Counted from the first letter of the stretch, positions 37,609-47,649 are shown. The stretch: DNA of 64,000 bases from Candidatus Marinacidobacterales bacterium (GCA_965226495.1 OZ245365.1:3040001-3104000); one strand, 5' to 3'. Numbers and translations are program-made. The notes: generated by a model from the sequence alone, not told the origin.

Positions 37609-38322
37609 TTATTTCACCTGGAAAATCGCCCCATCGGACAAGGTGAGTCGCTTGCCATCGAAGGTGGCGTTCATCGTCTCATCGCGGCGGTAGGCAACTT
37701 TGGTGCCTTTGGCCTCTGCCCACCGCAGCACCTGGAGGGTGTAGGATTCCCCCCGGCGCTCAAAGGCGCCACAGCCCGTGACCACGCCGTCGTCCTGAGC
37801 CGCGACCAGCAGGAAGCGACCGTCGACGAATGCCAGCATCCCACCCACCAGCTCGTGGATCTCGCCGACGCCATCACCGAGTCGTTTGAAGGTCTGCACG
37901 GTCCCGCTCCCAAAAGTAAGCGTCATCTTGTCGCCGGTGCGCTCCACCGCCAGCTGATGCTCCGTCCTCCCCCGCTCCGAGAAAGGTGGTGCTTTCTTCG
38001 GCGAGACGCTGACGGTTTGCTCGGCCACCATCTCGATGCCGTCCGGACCGTGCCGGTAGGTCCCCGCGTGTGCCATCGCTCCTTGGGTCTCGAAGGGCTC
38101 TCCGTCATTGATGGACTGCTGGACGAATTTCCCATCCTTGAAGACGAACATGCCCGTCAGAGCAAACTCCTCTTGCCCCGGCGGCGTGAGGCCGGTGTAG
38201 GCCCACAGTCCTTCCGCCGCTTCGCTTCCGGACTCCGGGGCTTCGGCCGTCGCGACCGCGTCCAGCGCGCTCGACACGGCTAGCACATACAACAACAGGA
38301 CAGTCATGATTACGGTTCTCAT
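37609..38322 (-). CDS. Secreted hypothetical protein with two internal lipocalin-like repeats
   Basis: Signal peptide; GLW at N-terminus; GMFVFKDGKF repeated as GMLAFVDGRF, KMTLTFGSG repeated as RLTLSDG. Confidence 0.7.
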   Translation of the reverse strand: MRTVIMTVLLLYVLAVSSALDAVATAEAPESGSEAAEGLWAYTGLTPPGQEEFALTGMFVFKDGKFVQQSINDGEPFETQGAMAHAGTYRHGPDGIEMVAEQTVSVSPKKAPPFSERGRTEHQLAVERTGDKMTLTFGSGTVQTFKRLGDGVGEIHELVGGMLAFVDGRFLLVAAQDDGVVTGCGAFERRGESYTLQVLRWAEAKGTKVAYRRDETMNATFDGKRLTLSDGAIFQVK

Positions 38323-38387
38323 TGATTCCCCTCTCGAGTTCGACTTGACGGAAACAGGTTCATCAGCTATTGAAACACGAGGTTAAC

Positions 38388-39290
38388 ATGCACAAGACGA
38401 CTTTGCTGATAATGGCTCTCGCTTGTTTTCACTTAAGCAATGCGGCCGCGCAAGACCGATCCACGTACGCCACGCACCTGAACGCGTCGAGTTCCGGGAT
38501 CGACTGGGTCGCCTTCTACGACAAGATCGACGCGCTGACGGCAGAAACGCGAAAAGAGCTCCCGCATCACCTCGATCTCTCATACGGCGAGGACCCTAAG
38601 CAGAAGCTCGACCTGTATCTTCCTCGGAACGAAGCCGCCGGCCCGGTCTACATCTTCATTCACGGCGGAGGATTCGTCGAAGGCGACCGAGTGCACTATG
38701 GCTACGTGGCTCAGCCGCTCGCGGCTCATGGGATCGTGACCGTGGTGATGAGCTACCGGCTTTCCCCCGCCCACTACCCCGCCCAGGTCCAGGATGTCCA
38801 GGCGGTATTGGCCTGGGTGTATCGCCACATCAAAGAGTATGGTGGCGACCCTTCACAAATTTACATCGGCGGTCACTCGGCCGGCGCCATTCTGTCGGCG
38901 TTTGTGTCGGTCAACAGTACCTGGCTTTCCTCTATGTCTCTTCCCGACGATCTCATCAAGGGCTACGTTCCAATCAGCGGTCCCTATGATCTTCGCAAGC
39001 CGGGCGGTTTCGTCGACAACTATTTGCCCGATGACGCCAAACGCACCGAGGCGAGCCCGGTTCTCAATATCCAGAACGTTGCTCCGAAGGCCGTTGTGGC
39101 AGTCGGTACGCTGGAGAAACCGTACCTCGAATCATCGAAGGTGTTCGTGGCAGCGCTTCGCGAGGCAGGTGGCGATGCAAAACTCATCGTGCTCGACGGC
39201 ATGGCTCATGACGCTACTGCTTTGACCGCGGGAGATGAGGACGGCCCTCTCGTCCAAGCCTTGATCGAGCTGATCGAGTCCAACCGTTAG
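38388..39290 (+). CDS. Secreted alpha/beta hydrolase (HSL/arylformamidase-like)
   Basis: YGEDPKQKLDLY.P, HGGGF, YRLSP, GHSAG, SGPYD, MAH; start ATG 38388. Confidence 0.9.
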   Translation: MHKTTLLIMALACFHLSNAAAQDRSTYATHLNASSSGIDWVAFYDKIDALTAETRKELPHHLDLSYGEDPKQKLDLYLPRNEAAGPVYIFIHGGGFVEGDRVHYGYVAQPLAAHGIVTVVMSYRLSPAHYPAQVQDVQAVLAWVYRHIKEYGGDPSQIYIGGHSAGAILSAFVSVNSTWLSSMSLPDDLIKGYVPISGPYDLRKPGGFVDNYLPDDAKRTEASPVLNIQNVAPKAVVAVGTLEKPYLESSKVFVAALREAGGDAKLIVLDGMAHDATALTAGDEDGPLVQALIELIESNR

Positions 39291-39316
39291 AATTAGTGCC
39301 GTTCCAATTAACGCTG

Positions 39317-39406
39317 CCCCTCACCCTACCCTCTCCCCAAACGGGGAGAGGGAAAAAGGAACCCCCTCACCTTACCCTCTCCCCAAAACGGGGAGAGGGA
39401 AAAAAA
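39317..39406. repeat. Two tandem BoxC/REP-like palindromic units
   Basis: CCCCTCACC(C/T)TACCCTCTCCCC-AAA(A)C-GGGGAGAGGGAAAA twice. Confidence 0.8.
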
Positions 39407-39505
39407 CAAGACTTGTGCCTCCCAGCGAGACCCATATAGAATCGGAACCAAGACAAAGGCCGAGTCCTTCTGGCAGGGGCCGAGCCTGAACTCACGGAGC
39501 CACAC

Positions 39506-39895
39506 ATGTCCGCAAACAAAGACCTCACGAAATCCATGTTCGAACGATTCAACGCTACGGATGCCGACGGCCTTTCGCCATTGGTCAGTGATGGCGTGAA
39601 ACACAGCGCACCGGGGACCCAGTTCGGCGTCGATCTTGAGGGGAAAACGGTGTTTATCGCCTATTTTCGCGAAAAAGTGTTCCCGAAGTTCGAGAAGATC
39701 CACTTCATGCTGGACAACGTGTTCGAAGATGCCGAAGCGGGTGTCGTCGTCACAGAATGGCACGGAGATTTTCTCACCAAGGCTGGCAAGCCGTTCTCGA
39801 GCAAGGGCGTCTTCGTCGTGACGATCGCCGACGGAAAGATCGACTGGGTGCGCGAGTACTTCGACACCGAGAAAACCAAGCAAGCCATGAGCTAA
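39506..39895 (+). CDS. Nuclear transport factor 2 (SnoaL-like) family protein
   Basis: 129 aa; C-terminal V.TIADGKI..VREYFDT. Confidence 0.85.
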   Translation: MSANKDLTKSMFERFNATDADGLSPLVSDGVKHSAPGTQFGVDLEGKTVFIAYFREKVFPKFEKIHFMLDNVFEDAEAGVVVTEWHGDFLTKAGKPFSSKGVFVVTIADGKIDWVREYFDTEKTKQAMS

Positions 39896-39924
39896 GACCC
39901 ATAGGTCGAGGGAGGGCTGGGGAG

Positions 39925-41715
39925 ATGTCAAGCCAGGGCAAAGAAAAGCGCCAGGTAGATCCGATTACGCTGGCGGTGGTCAGGGGCGCGCTCGAAACGA
40001 CCCAACGTCAGATGACTCTGACCATGGAGAGAACCGGACGCTCGAGCGTCGTAGCCGTTTCGCGCGACTTCTCCAACGCCATCTTCAACTGGACTCCCGA
40101 GATGATCGTGCAAGGGCAGGACCTGCCGATTCACTTGGGCTCTCTGATCTTGGCGACCCAAACCATATCCAAATATTTCGAGGACGACATCGAGCCTGGC
40201 GACGTGATCATCCACAACGATCCTGTCTACGACGGAAGTCACACGTTGGACTGGTGCCAATACAAGCCCGTCTACTACGAGAACGAAATCGTCTTCTGGC
40301 TGGTCAGCAAGGGACACATGGCGGATGGAGGCGGACCCGTTCCGGGCGGCTACAACCCGGACGCGACCGAGATCTACGCGGAAAGTTTGCGCATCCCACC
40401 GATCAAGATCATCGAAGCCGGAAAGCTGAAGAAAGATCTCTTCAACCTCCTAGTGACGAACGTCCGCACGCGGGAGAACATATCCGGCGACCTGAGAGCA
40501 CAGCTCGGAGCGCTCCGGGTGGGCGAGCGAAATTTGCTCGCGCTTCTGAAGAAGTATGGAAAAGAAGAGGTCAAGGCATGCGTCTCGGAACTCTTGAATC
40601 TCTCCGAACGCCACATGCGTGAGCTGATCCAGGAGCTCCCCGACGGCGTCCACCGCGGACAAGCCATGGTGGAAGACATCGGACACGGTTTGGGAGACAA
40701 GCCGGTCGATGTCGAGGTCGAGGTCGCGGGAGACGGAATGAAGATCCGTTTGGAGGCGCCACCTCAGATTCCCTTCTACACGAACTCCTATCGAGCCAAC
40801 ACCACGAGTGCGGTCTACCTCGGGCTCGTCATGTTCATGAAGCCGGAGCCGCCTTACAACGAAGGGATGTACCGACCCATCGAGCTCGACTACGGCCCAC
40901 ATGGAACCATGGTCAACGCGAAGGAGCCGGCTCCTCATGTCGCAAGTACCACCTGCCCGGCGGAGACGGTTACCGATGCGGTCCGGAACACACTGGCGGC
41001 AGCCTACCCCGGCAGAGCCTCCGCAGGCTGGGGGCATTGCTCCTGCATCAACGTGTCCGGTATCGATCCCAGGAGCCAAGCCGAATACGTCCACATGATG
41101 GTCTCGACGCTCGCCTGTGGCGCCGGTGCGGTCGAGGGATTGGACGGATGGCACGGGGTCGGCCCGCAAGCAGGGTTGGGAGGGGCCACCTGCGGTGAAC
41201 AGGAACAGCTCGAGTATGGCTATCCGCTCATCGTTCACGATTACTCGATCACGAAAGACTCGGCGGCGGCCGGTCAATTCCGTGGTGGTTGCGGCGTGAC
41301 CTGCGAAGTGGAACCGGTCGGACACGAGATGACCGTGGTGGTGTGGGGTGAAGGTCGCAAGTATCCCGCATCCAATACGGAGGGAGCGAAGTCGGTTTGG
41401 ATCGACAACAAGATCTGCCAGGTCGAGCTGATCAAGGAAGACGGCTCGGTGGAGACGATCCGCGAGAACAAGGTGCTCAAGATCAGACCGGGCGAGCGCA
41501 TCCGCACCACTAGCGCCGGAGGTGGCGCAGTCGGTCCGCCGTTGGCGCGCGATCCCAAGGCGGTGGCCGGCGACGTCCTCAACGAAAAGGTATCCGTCGA
41601 GGGCGCCCGCGTCGAATACGGCGTGGTGATCGATCCCAAATCACACCAAGTCGACGAGGCAGCAACCACGAAACTGCGTGCGGAATCACGAGACAAAGTG
41701 CACCATGGGGTATAA
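39925..41715 (+). CDS. Hydantoinase B/oxoprolinase family protein, caprolactamase beta-subunit-like
   Basis: Start ATG 39925; VDPITLAVVRGALET, QGQDLPIHLGSL, HNDP..GSH.LD, KGH..D.GGPVP.GYNPDA.EIYAE. Confidence 0.92.
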   Translation: MSSQGKEKRQVDPITLAVVRGALETTQRQMTLTMERTGRSSVVAVSRDFSNAIFNWTPEMIVQGQDLPIHLGSLILATQTISKYFEDDIEPGDVIIHNDPVYDGSHTLDWCQYKPVYYENEIVFWLVSKGHMADGGGPVPGGYNPDATEIYAESLRIPPIKIIEAGKLKKDLFNLLVTNVRTRENISGDLRAQLGALRVGERNLLALLKKYGKEEVKACVSELLNLSERHMRELIQELPDGVHRGQAMVEDIGHGLGDKPVDVEVEVAGDGMKIRLEAPPQIPFYTNSYRANTTSAVYLGLVMFMKPEPPYNEGMYRPIELDYGPHGTMVNAKEPAPHVASTTCPAETVTDAVRNTLAAAYPGRASAGWGHCSCINVSGIDPRSQAEYVHMMVSTLACGAGAVEGLDGWHGVGPQAGLGGATCGEQEQLEYGYPLIVHDYSITKDSAAAGQFRGGCGVTCEVEPVGHEMTVVVWGEGRKYPASNTEGAKSVWIDNKICQVELIKEDGSVETIRENKVLKIRPGERIRTTSAGGGAVGPPLARDPKAVAGDVLNEKVSVEGARVEYGVVIDPKSHQVDEAATTKLRAESRDKVHHGV

Positions 41716-43774
41716 GCTCGGAATCGACACCGGCGGCACGTTTACCGACTTCGTGGTTTTTCGCGAAGATGGCACCTGGGAGCTGTCGAAAACTGCTTCC
41801 ACTCCGGAGCACCCCCCGAAGGCGATCCGTGAAGGGCTTCTCCAAATCTGCGACGGCCTGAAAGTCGATCAGAAAGAGTTCCTCGCCAACTGCGACTACA
41901 TCATCTATGGAACGACGGTCGGCCTGAACTCCTTGATTCAGCACAAAGGGGCGAAGCTCGGTCTCTTCTGCACCAAAGGCCATCAAGATTCTCTCGAGCT
42001 CCGCTTGGCGCACAAGGAAGACGGACATCGTTACGACTTCTACTACCCACCGGCGGAGATGCTGGTGCCTCGCTGGCTCCGGATCCCGGTGGAAGAACGG
42101 GTCAACGCCGCCGGCGAGGTGTTGACGCCCCTCAAAGAAGAAGATGTCCGCGCCGGAATCCAGAAATTCAAAGAGGCGGGAGTGGACTCGGTGGGGGTCT
42201 GCTTTCTGTGGTCTTTCCTGAATCCGACACATGAGAAACGAGTAGGTGAAATCATCCGTGAAGAGCTTCCCGACGTTTACTTGACACTCTCGGTCGATCT
42301 GTTACCTCAGATCCGGGAGTACACCCGGGTCAGCACAACCGCGGTGAACGGTTTCGTGGGGCCGGTGCTCCGAAACTCGATCCAAGAGATCGAGAGCATG
42401 TTGCACGATATGGGCTATCGCAACCCCATTCGTTACATGCAATGTAACGGTGGGATCTCTTCGGGCGACTTCATTTCCCGCAAGGCGGTCTACGCCATCA
42501 ACTCCGGGCCGGCGGCCGGCCCGACCGCGAGCCTCTTCTTCGGAGAGCGAGCCAAGCTGAGCAATCTTTTGACGCTCGACATGGGAGGTACCAGCACCGA
42601 CATCAGCATCGTTCAAGACGGCCAGGTGGACATCGTCAAGAACTTGGAAGTCGAAAGGTATTTGTTGGGTATTCCCTTGGTGAACGTCGTCAATATCGGC
42701 GCCGGCGGCGGGAGCATTGCGTGGCTCGATGCCCAGCGGATTCTGAGAGTGGGACCGCAAAGCGCCGAGGCCATCCCTGGACCGGCTTGTTACGGCCAGG
42801 GTGGTACCGAGGCGACGGTCACCGATGCACTCAACGTCCTAGGCTATCTCAACCCCGACTACCTACTGGGAGGCGCGTTCAAGCTCGATCGGGATGCCGC
42901 CCACCGTGCGGTGCGCGAGAAAGTCGCGGAACCTTTGGGTCTCACGATGGAACGAGCAGCGCTTGGTGTCTTCGACGTGGTCAACTCCAACATGATCGGG
43001 GGCATTCGGGCTGTCTCGGTCGAGAGAGGCTACGATCCTCGCGATTTCGTCTTCGTGGCAGGTGGCGGCGCGACCAGCGCGTTTCTCGGTCGGCTCGCCG
43101 CCGACCTGGACGTCGAGCGCGTCCTGATTCCGAAAGTGGCATCGGGCTTGTGCGCCTTCGGAGAAGCGATCGCCGACGTCAAACACAGCCACATGGCAAC
43201 TTACATCACCCACTTCTCGAAACTGGATCTCGGGCGCCTCAACGGCATTCTTTCCGACCTCGAGTCCACGGGCCGGAAGGATCTCGAGGAAGAGGGGTTC
43301 GCCCCCGAGGACATCGCGACCCAACGTTCCATGGAGATCCGATACGCCGACCAAATACATGAATGCACGGTGCCGATACCGTTCCAGGGCGAGCTCTCCG
43401 AAGAATACGTCGGAAAGGTGAAAGGGCTTTTTCACCGCCGGCACGAAGAAATCTATACCTACTGCGAGCCCGACAATGAACCGGAGCTGGTCAACGTAGA
43501 AGTGAACGCGATCGGACTAACGCGCGCGTCCAGCCGAGCGGTTGGGCAAGCGGAAGAAAACGGCGCGGGGGAAGGCGTCGCCGCGAAGCGTCGGGCCTAT
43601 TTCCACGAGAACAAAGACTATGTGGAAGTTCCCGTGTATGACGGGCGACACATCAAGGTCGGACAGAGCATCACTGGCCCCGCGATCATCGAAGAACCGA
43701 CGACCACCATCGTCGTCTTCCCCGATTGGAAGATCGAGCTGAAGCCGGCCAGTTACTATTTGATGACGCGCTGA
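41705..43774 (+). CDS. Hydantoinase A/oxoprolinase family protein, caprolactamase alpha-subunit-like
   Basis: Start ATG 41705; LGIDTGGTFTD, GTT, HKEDGHRYD..YPPA.MLVPR, INSGPA, DMGGTS, GAGGGSI. Confidence 0.92.
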   Translation: MGYKLGIDTGGTFTDFVVFREDGTWELSKTASTPEHPPKAIREGLLQICDGLKVDQKEFLANCDYIIYGTTVGLNSLIQHKGAKLGLFCTKGHQDSLELRLAHKEDGHRYDFYYPPAEMLVPRWLRIPVEERVNAAGEVLTPLKEEDVRAGIQKFKEAGVDSVGVCFLWSFLNPTHEKRVGEIIREELPDVYLTLSVDLLPQIREYTRVSTTAVNGFVGPVLRNSIQEIESMLHDMGYRNPIRYMQCNGGISSGDFISRKAVYAINSGPAAGPTASLFFGERAKLSNLLTLDMGGTSTDISIVQDGQVDIVKNLEVERYLLGIPLVNVVNIGAGGGSIAWLDAQRILRVGPQSAEAIPGPACYGQGGTEATVTDALNVLGYLNPDYLLGGAFKLDRDAAHRAVREKVAEPLGLTMERAALGVFDVVNSNMIGGIRAVSVERGYDPRDFVFVAGGGATSAFLGRLAADLDVERVLIPKVASGLCAFGEAIADVKHSHMATYITHFSKLDLGRLNGILSDLESTGRKDLEEEGFAPEDIATQRSMEIRYADQIHECTVPIPFQGELSEEYVGKVKGLFHRRHEEIYTYCEPDNEPELVNVEVNAIGLTRASSRAVGQAEENGAGEGVAAKRRAYFHENKDYVEVPVYDGRHIKVGQSITGPAIIEEPTTTIVVFPDWKIELKPASYYLMTR

Positions 43775-43805
43775 GCCTTCCGTCGGCATTTCTCAGGCGG
43801 GCGGC

Positions 43806-44380
43806 TTAGAAGGCCGTCGGTGGAAGCTGTAGGAACTCCGTTTCCACGGTTCGGAAGTGATCGTCCATTCGCGCTTGCTGGTCGCGATCGAACATCTGTC
43901 TGGCCCCCAGATATCTCTTCAGCAAGATTTCGGACGCTAACTCCGCGTGGTCACAAACATCCCGAACGTCCTCACGATCCTTAGGGCCAAACCGTTTCGG
44001 ACCAAGCTTGCTGATCACCAAGTCGTAAGGATCAAGAACGTGTACGCGCAGCACCTTGAGACCCGGAATGTCGACCTGTCGACACCGCTCCCTCCATCCC
44101 TGCTCGAACGGAAACATGGCTGGCGGAACGATGTCAAAGTAGTAGCCTGTCAGCCGCTGAATCTCCGAATCCCGACCGGCCAACTCCCCCAGCTCTCTGA
44201 GAACCGCTGAGGACTCACCGATCGCGTCGACATCGTCGGTGGCCTCTCGCCCGCCGTACGCGACTGGACCGCGGCACCGCCCCCAAGGTAGAGGTCGATC
44301 TTGCTGGTCGAACTCAGCGAGCCTTCAAGCGTCTTCAGGAAAGCAACGACGAGCTCGCTAGTTGGTTTGATAGGTGTCAT
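43806..44380 (-). pseudogene. Nucleotidyltransferase (DUF6036/AbiEii-like putative toxin), frameshifted
   Basis: LYLGGGAAV in frame 1 continues, after a 1-nt shortfall near 44265, as VAYGGREATDDVDAI...DPYDLVISKL...KDREDV (hG[GS]..DxD motif). Confidence 0.75.
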
Positions 44381-45204
44381 CGGGCACGCAAGATAGATCG
44401 CGCCCGCCGCGCGAAGTCATCGAGTGAGAGGTCGAAGGCTATGCCCCAACGCCGGGTGACCGGTGGGCTCTCATGCCATTCGCGACCGGGCAAGTCCGTC
44501 TCACCGGCCCGCCCAGAGGAACCACCGGGTGAAGCAGGCGAGATGTATTCCGGCTGGGCAGCATCCTCCACAAGGATGGTTTCGACTAAGAACGCTTCTC
44601 CTCGTGGTGCAACCTTTTTCAACTCGTTCCACGCCGATTTCCAAGCCCGTCGAAGGTTCACTGCCGCATCCGGGTGGATCCATCGGAGTTCTATTTTCCC
44701 GGAGATCCGCTCGGCAACTTCGCTGAGCCAGCCTACGCGGCGCAATGTGCCGTATCGTCGCGCTGACGCCACCAAGTCGTCAGGAGCAAAGTCATTTCGT
44801 AGGAGCAGAGCGGGCACCGCTTCGATGACTCTTGCGCTTGCACCGTCCCGAACACCTTCCGTGAGTACCTCCTCAAATGCTCGAACTTCTCCTAGCACCG
44901 GCCGTCGCGAAACGTGCAGGTCTCTCAGACCCCAATAGTAGAGCTGCGCCGCCAGGGCTCGGGCGTCGGTCCCTGTTCGAAGGCGCCCTGCTGCAAAGTA
45001 AAGAAGAGGCCACCCGAGCTTTTCAGCGATGAGACATACGTTATCGAAGCTTGGCTGCGATTGATTCGACTCGAAACGCGACAAGCTGGCAGCAGAAATG
45101 CCGGTCAATCCGGCAATTTCTTTAAGGGTGAGCCCGAGGTCGTTGCGAGCTTCTCGGATGCGTTGCCCAATCGGCTCACGTTTGCTTGGGCTTCGGCGCG
45201 GCAT
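44377..45204 (-). CDS. XRE-family HTH protein with C-terminal AbiEi-like domain (putative antitoxin)
   Basis: IGQRIREAR..LGLTLKEIA..TGIS.ASLSRFE.N...PS; C-terminal RRVGWL.E; ATGA-coupled to the nucleotidyltransferase. Confidence 0.8.
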   Translation of the reverse strand: MPRRSPSKREPIGQRIREARNDLGLTLKEIAGLTGISAASLSRFESNQSQPSFDNVCLIAEKLGWPLLYFAAGRLRTGTDARALAAQLYYWGLRDLHVSRRPVLGEVRAFEEVLTEGVRDGASARVIEAVPALLLRNDFAPDDLVASARRYGTLRRVGWLSEVAERISGKIELRWIHPDAAVNLRRAWKSAWNELKKVAPRGEAFLVETILVEDAAQPEYISPASPGGSSGRAGETDLPGREWHESPPVTRRWGIAFDLSLDDFARRARSILRAR

Positions 45205-45216
45205 TCGTATGATCTC

Positions 45217-45293
45217 TATTCCTCTATAGCATGTTTATTCCTATAAAGCAATAATATTCCCTTAAGACAATTATCCTTACTGTATAGGAATAA
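45217..45293. promoter_or_regulatory. AT-rich operator-like array upstream of the XRE gene
   Basis: TATTCC at 45217, 45236 and 45255 (19-bp period); perfect 11-bp inverted repeat TTATTCCTATA (45235-45245) / TATAGGAATAA (45283-45293). Confidence 0.6.
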
Positions 45294-45355
45294 CACTTGG
45301 GATCACGTTGATAAACCATTTGAAAATGGTTGGTTACGGGATGTGGTATTTTTTG

Positions 45356-46633
45356 TCAAACGGGTCGGCGGGACCAACGCATTCCCGCCACGTAGACGGC
45401 CCCTGTCACGACCATCGAGACGACGGGCTGGATCATTTCCGGAGGCGTCCATCGCCCCGCCACCACTCCGAGCGCAATCGCCATCAACGCCGGCCCATTA
45501 ACACCCCTCGCCTTTCCGTTCAGCCGCTCGGCATCGGGCACGCCGGACGCCGGCAGCTCGCGACGGCGGACAAAGAAATGATCCGTGAGCACGATGGCCA
45601 GCAAGGGAGCGAACACGACACCGAGCAGCATCAGCCACTCGGAGAAGTATTGCGTCAGGCGCATACAGGCCACTGTCGTGCCAACCGCCCCGAGCACCAA
45701 GGTGTGAATCCAGCGCGCCTTCCCTGGAAACAGATTCGTAAGGGCCAGTCCACCGGAGTAGAGATTCTTGTCGTTGGTGGTCCAGGTCGCGAAGATGATC
45801 AAGAACAGCGAGCCCATTCCTAAACCCAGGGTCTGAACGCCCAGCACCGGGTTCCACTCTCCAGTCGCCAGAGCAGACAGGGCTCCCAATGCGATCATAA
45901 ACGCGGCTACCGGGGTCACGCCCCCGAAGATACCTATCCACACCGACCGATGGCTTTTGGCGTAACGAGAGATGTCGGACGCGGTGAAACTTCCGGCGAC
46001 CTGCGCCGATATCATGAGGTTCATGCCGGCGAGGAAACTCATCGTTCCGTCGCCGGGCCGGTTCACGAGCTCCCAAAAAGGAACTTCCCGAACGAGCTTG
46101 ATGAAGAGCCAAGCGGTGAGAACCAGCATGGCCGGCACCGCATAGCCGGCGAGCTTCCGCATCCAGCCGTAGCCCATGACCGCGAAGAAGACGTTCGCCG
46201 CCCCCATGAGCGCGATCATCGCTAGCGGCGATGACACGCCGACCAGCTGCACCATCATTCCGTCGGCGGCAAGTCCCGCCAGCTCCGCTTGAACCGCGAA
46301 CCAACCGGTCAAGGACATCAACACCGCGAGCGAAGGGATCCACGTTCCCCAGGGATAACCGAGCGACATCCGAGTCAGCACCAACGTGGGCAAGCCATGA
46401 TCGATCCCCGGATAGGCCGATAACGCCGTAAACGAGAACCCGATGCCGTTGGCCAGGAAGGCAACGACCACCGCGTCGCGAAATGACATTCCGGGCACAA
46501 AGAGCCCGCCGACCATCATCATGGGGAGACAGATGTTGATGCCCGCGTACATCGCGAACATTCCGAACCAACCTTGGGTGCGCGAAGAACGCGGGACGGC
46601 GTCGATGCCGCGGCGTTCTAGCTGGAGTGCCAC
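45356..46633 (-). CDS. NCS1 / cytosine-permease family transporter, paralog of 7116-8414
   Basis: Start moved to GTG 46633; FAMYAGINICLPMMM, GWFAVQAELAG, SDISRY, WTTNDKNLYSG. Confidence 0.9.
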   Translation of the reverse strand: MALQLERRGIDAVPRSSRTQGWFGMFAMYAGINICLPMMMVGGLFVPGMSFRDAVVVAFLANGIGFSFTALSAYPGIDHGLPTLVLTRMSLGYPWGTWIPSLAVLMSLTGWFAVQAELAGLAADGMMVQLVGVSSPLAMIALMGAANVFFAVMGYGWMRKLAGYAVPAMLVLTAWLFIKLVREVPFWELVNRPGDGTMSFLAGMNLMISAQVAGSFTASDISRYAKSHRSVWIGIFGGVTPVAAFMIALGALSALATGEWNPVLGVQTLGLGMGSLFLIIFATWTTNDKNLYSGGLALTNLFPGKARWIHTLVLGAVGTTVACMRLTQYFSEWLMLLGVVFAPLLAIVLTDHFFVRRRELPASGVPDAERLNGKARGVNGPALMAIALGVVAGRWTPPEMIQPVVSMVVTGAVYVAGMRWSRRPV

Positions 46634-46658
46634 TGTGTAACGGGTCCCTACTACTCGG

Positions 46659-47573
46659 TCAGTCGCCTCGAGGAAGGTCGAACACCATGGCGTCTTCTCC
46701 GATGACGATCGGGCCATCGAACTCGGACTTGGCGTCGGCGAGAATCTTCGACCAAATCTCCGGACCCCGTCGCTCTCCGTAGTACATGGACGCCATCTTC
46801 ACCGCCGCCGGATGCGAGTCGTAGGGTCCAAGGTGCGTCAAGACGAGTTTCTTGGCACCGGCACGCCGCGCGACACTCCCCGCGCCGCGGGGACCGCTAT
46901 GGCCGCGCATCTCGCGGTACTCCATCACCTCTTCCAGAAAGGTGCACTCATGGACCAGGATGTCGACATCTCGAGCAAGCTCCACCATCGCGTCACAGGG
47001 TCCGGTATCTCCGCTGATCGCCGCCGATCCGTATTCAGTGTCGACGCGGAACCCGTAGGAAGATTTCTCGAACCCCAAGATCTGAATGTGCTCGACCTCG
47101 CGAGCCGTCACTTTGAACTTGTCGGTCTCTAAGACGGTACCTTCGCGAATCTCTTTGACCCCGATAGAGGGCTCGGGGGTGGGGCGATCGGTGATGTGAT
47201 CGGGAAGGCTCGCGACGAACCGCTTCACAAACTCCACGTCGAGATGGTGCATCTCCAACATCCCCGCCACCATGCGCTCGGTGCCTACCGGGCCGTAGAT
47301 GTTCAGAGAAGTCTTCCCACAATTCCACGTACTGAAAAAGAGATAGTTGCAGTCCACCATGTGATCCCAATGGAGATGAGTAAGGAACACGTGGTCGACG
47401 TCCATCGGACTGAACCCGGCGCGGATCAGATTGACGGTGGCTCGCTCGCCGCAATCGAAGAGCAGCACTTCCCCATCGACGACCACCGCTTGGGATGGAT
47501 TGCCGCGGGACGGATCGGGGAGTGCCGAGCCAGACCCCACCACGACGACTTTCATGCCTCGCGCACTAGCCAT
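46659..47573 (-). CDS. MBL-fold metallohydrolase (RNase Z/AtsA-like), paralog of 18248-19201
   Basis: THLHWDH, SGDT, HECTF, GHS, LTHLGPYDS. Confidence 0.88.
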   Translation of the reverse strand: MASARGMKVVVVGSGSALPDPSRGNPSQAVVVDGEVLLFDCGERATVNLIRAGFSPMDVDHVFLTHLHWDHMVDCNYLFFSTWNCGKTSLNIYGPVGTERMVAGMLEMHHLDVEFVKRFVASLPDHITDRPTPEPSIGVKEIREGTVLETDKFKVTAREVEHIQILGFEKSSYGFRVDTEYGSAAISGDTGPCDAMVELARDVDILVHECTFLEEVMEYREMRGHSGPRGAGSVARRAGAKKLVLTHLGPYDSHPAAVKMASMYYGERRGPEIWSKILADAKSEFDGPIVIGEDAMVFDLPRGD

Positions 47574-47649
47574 AGTGGCACGCAGTATACACTGTCACTG
47601 AACTGCCCTATACTCCTCAACAAATTTGCCGGGGATGAAGGAGAACGAG

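Noticed and set aside
39317-39406. CRISPR array
   Set aside because: Only two palindromic units, no unique spacers and no cas genes
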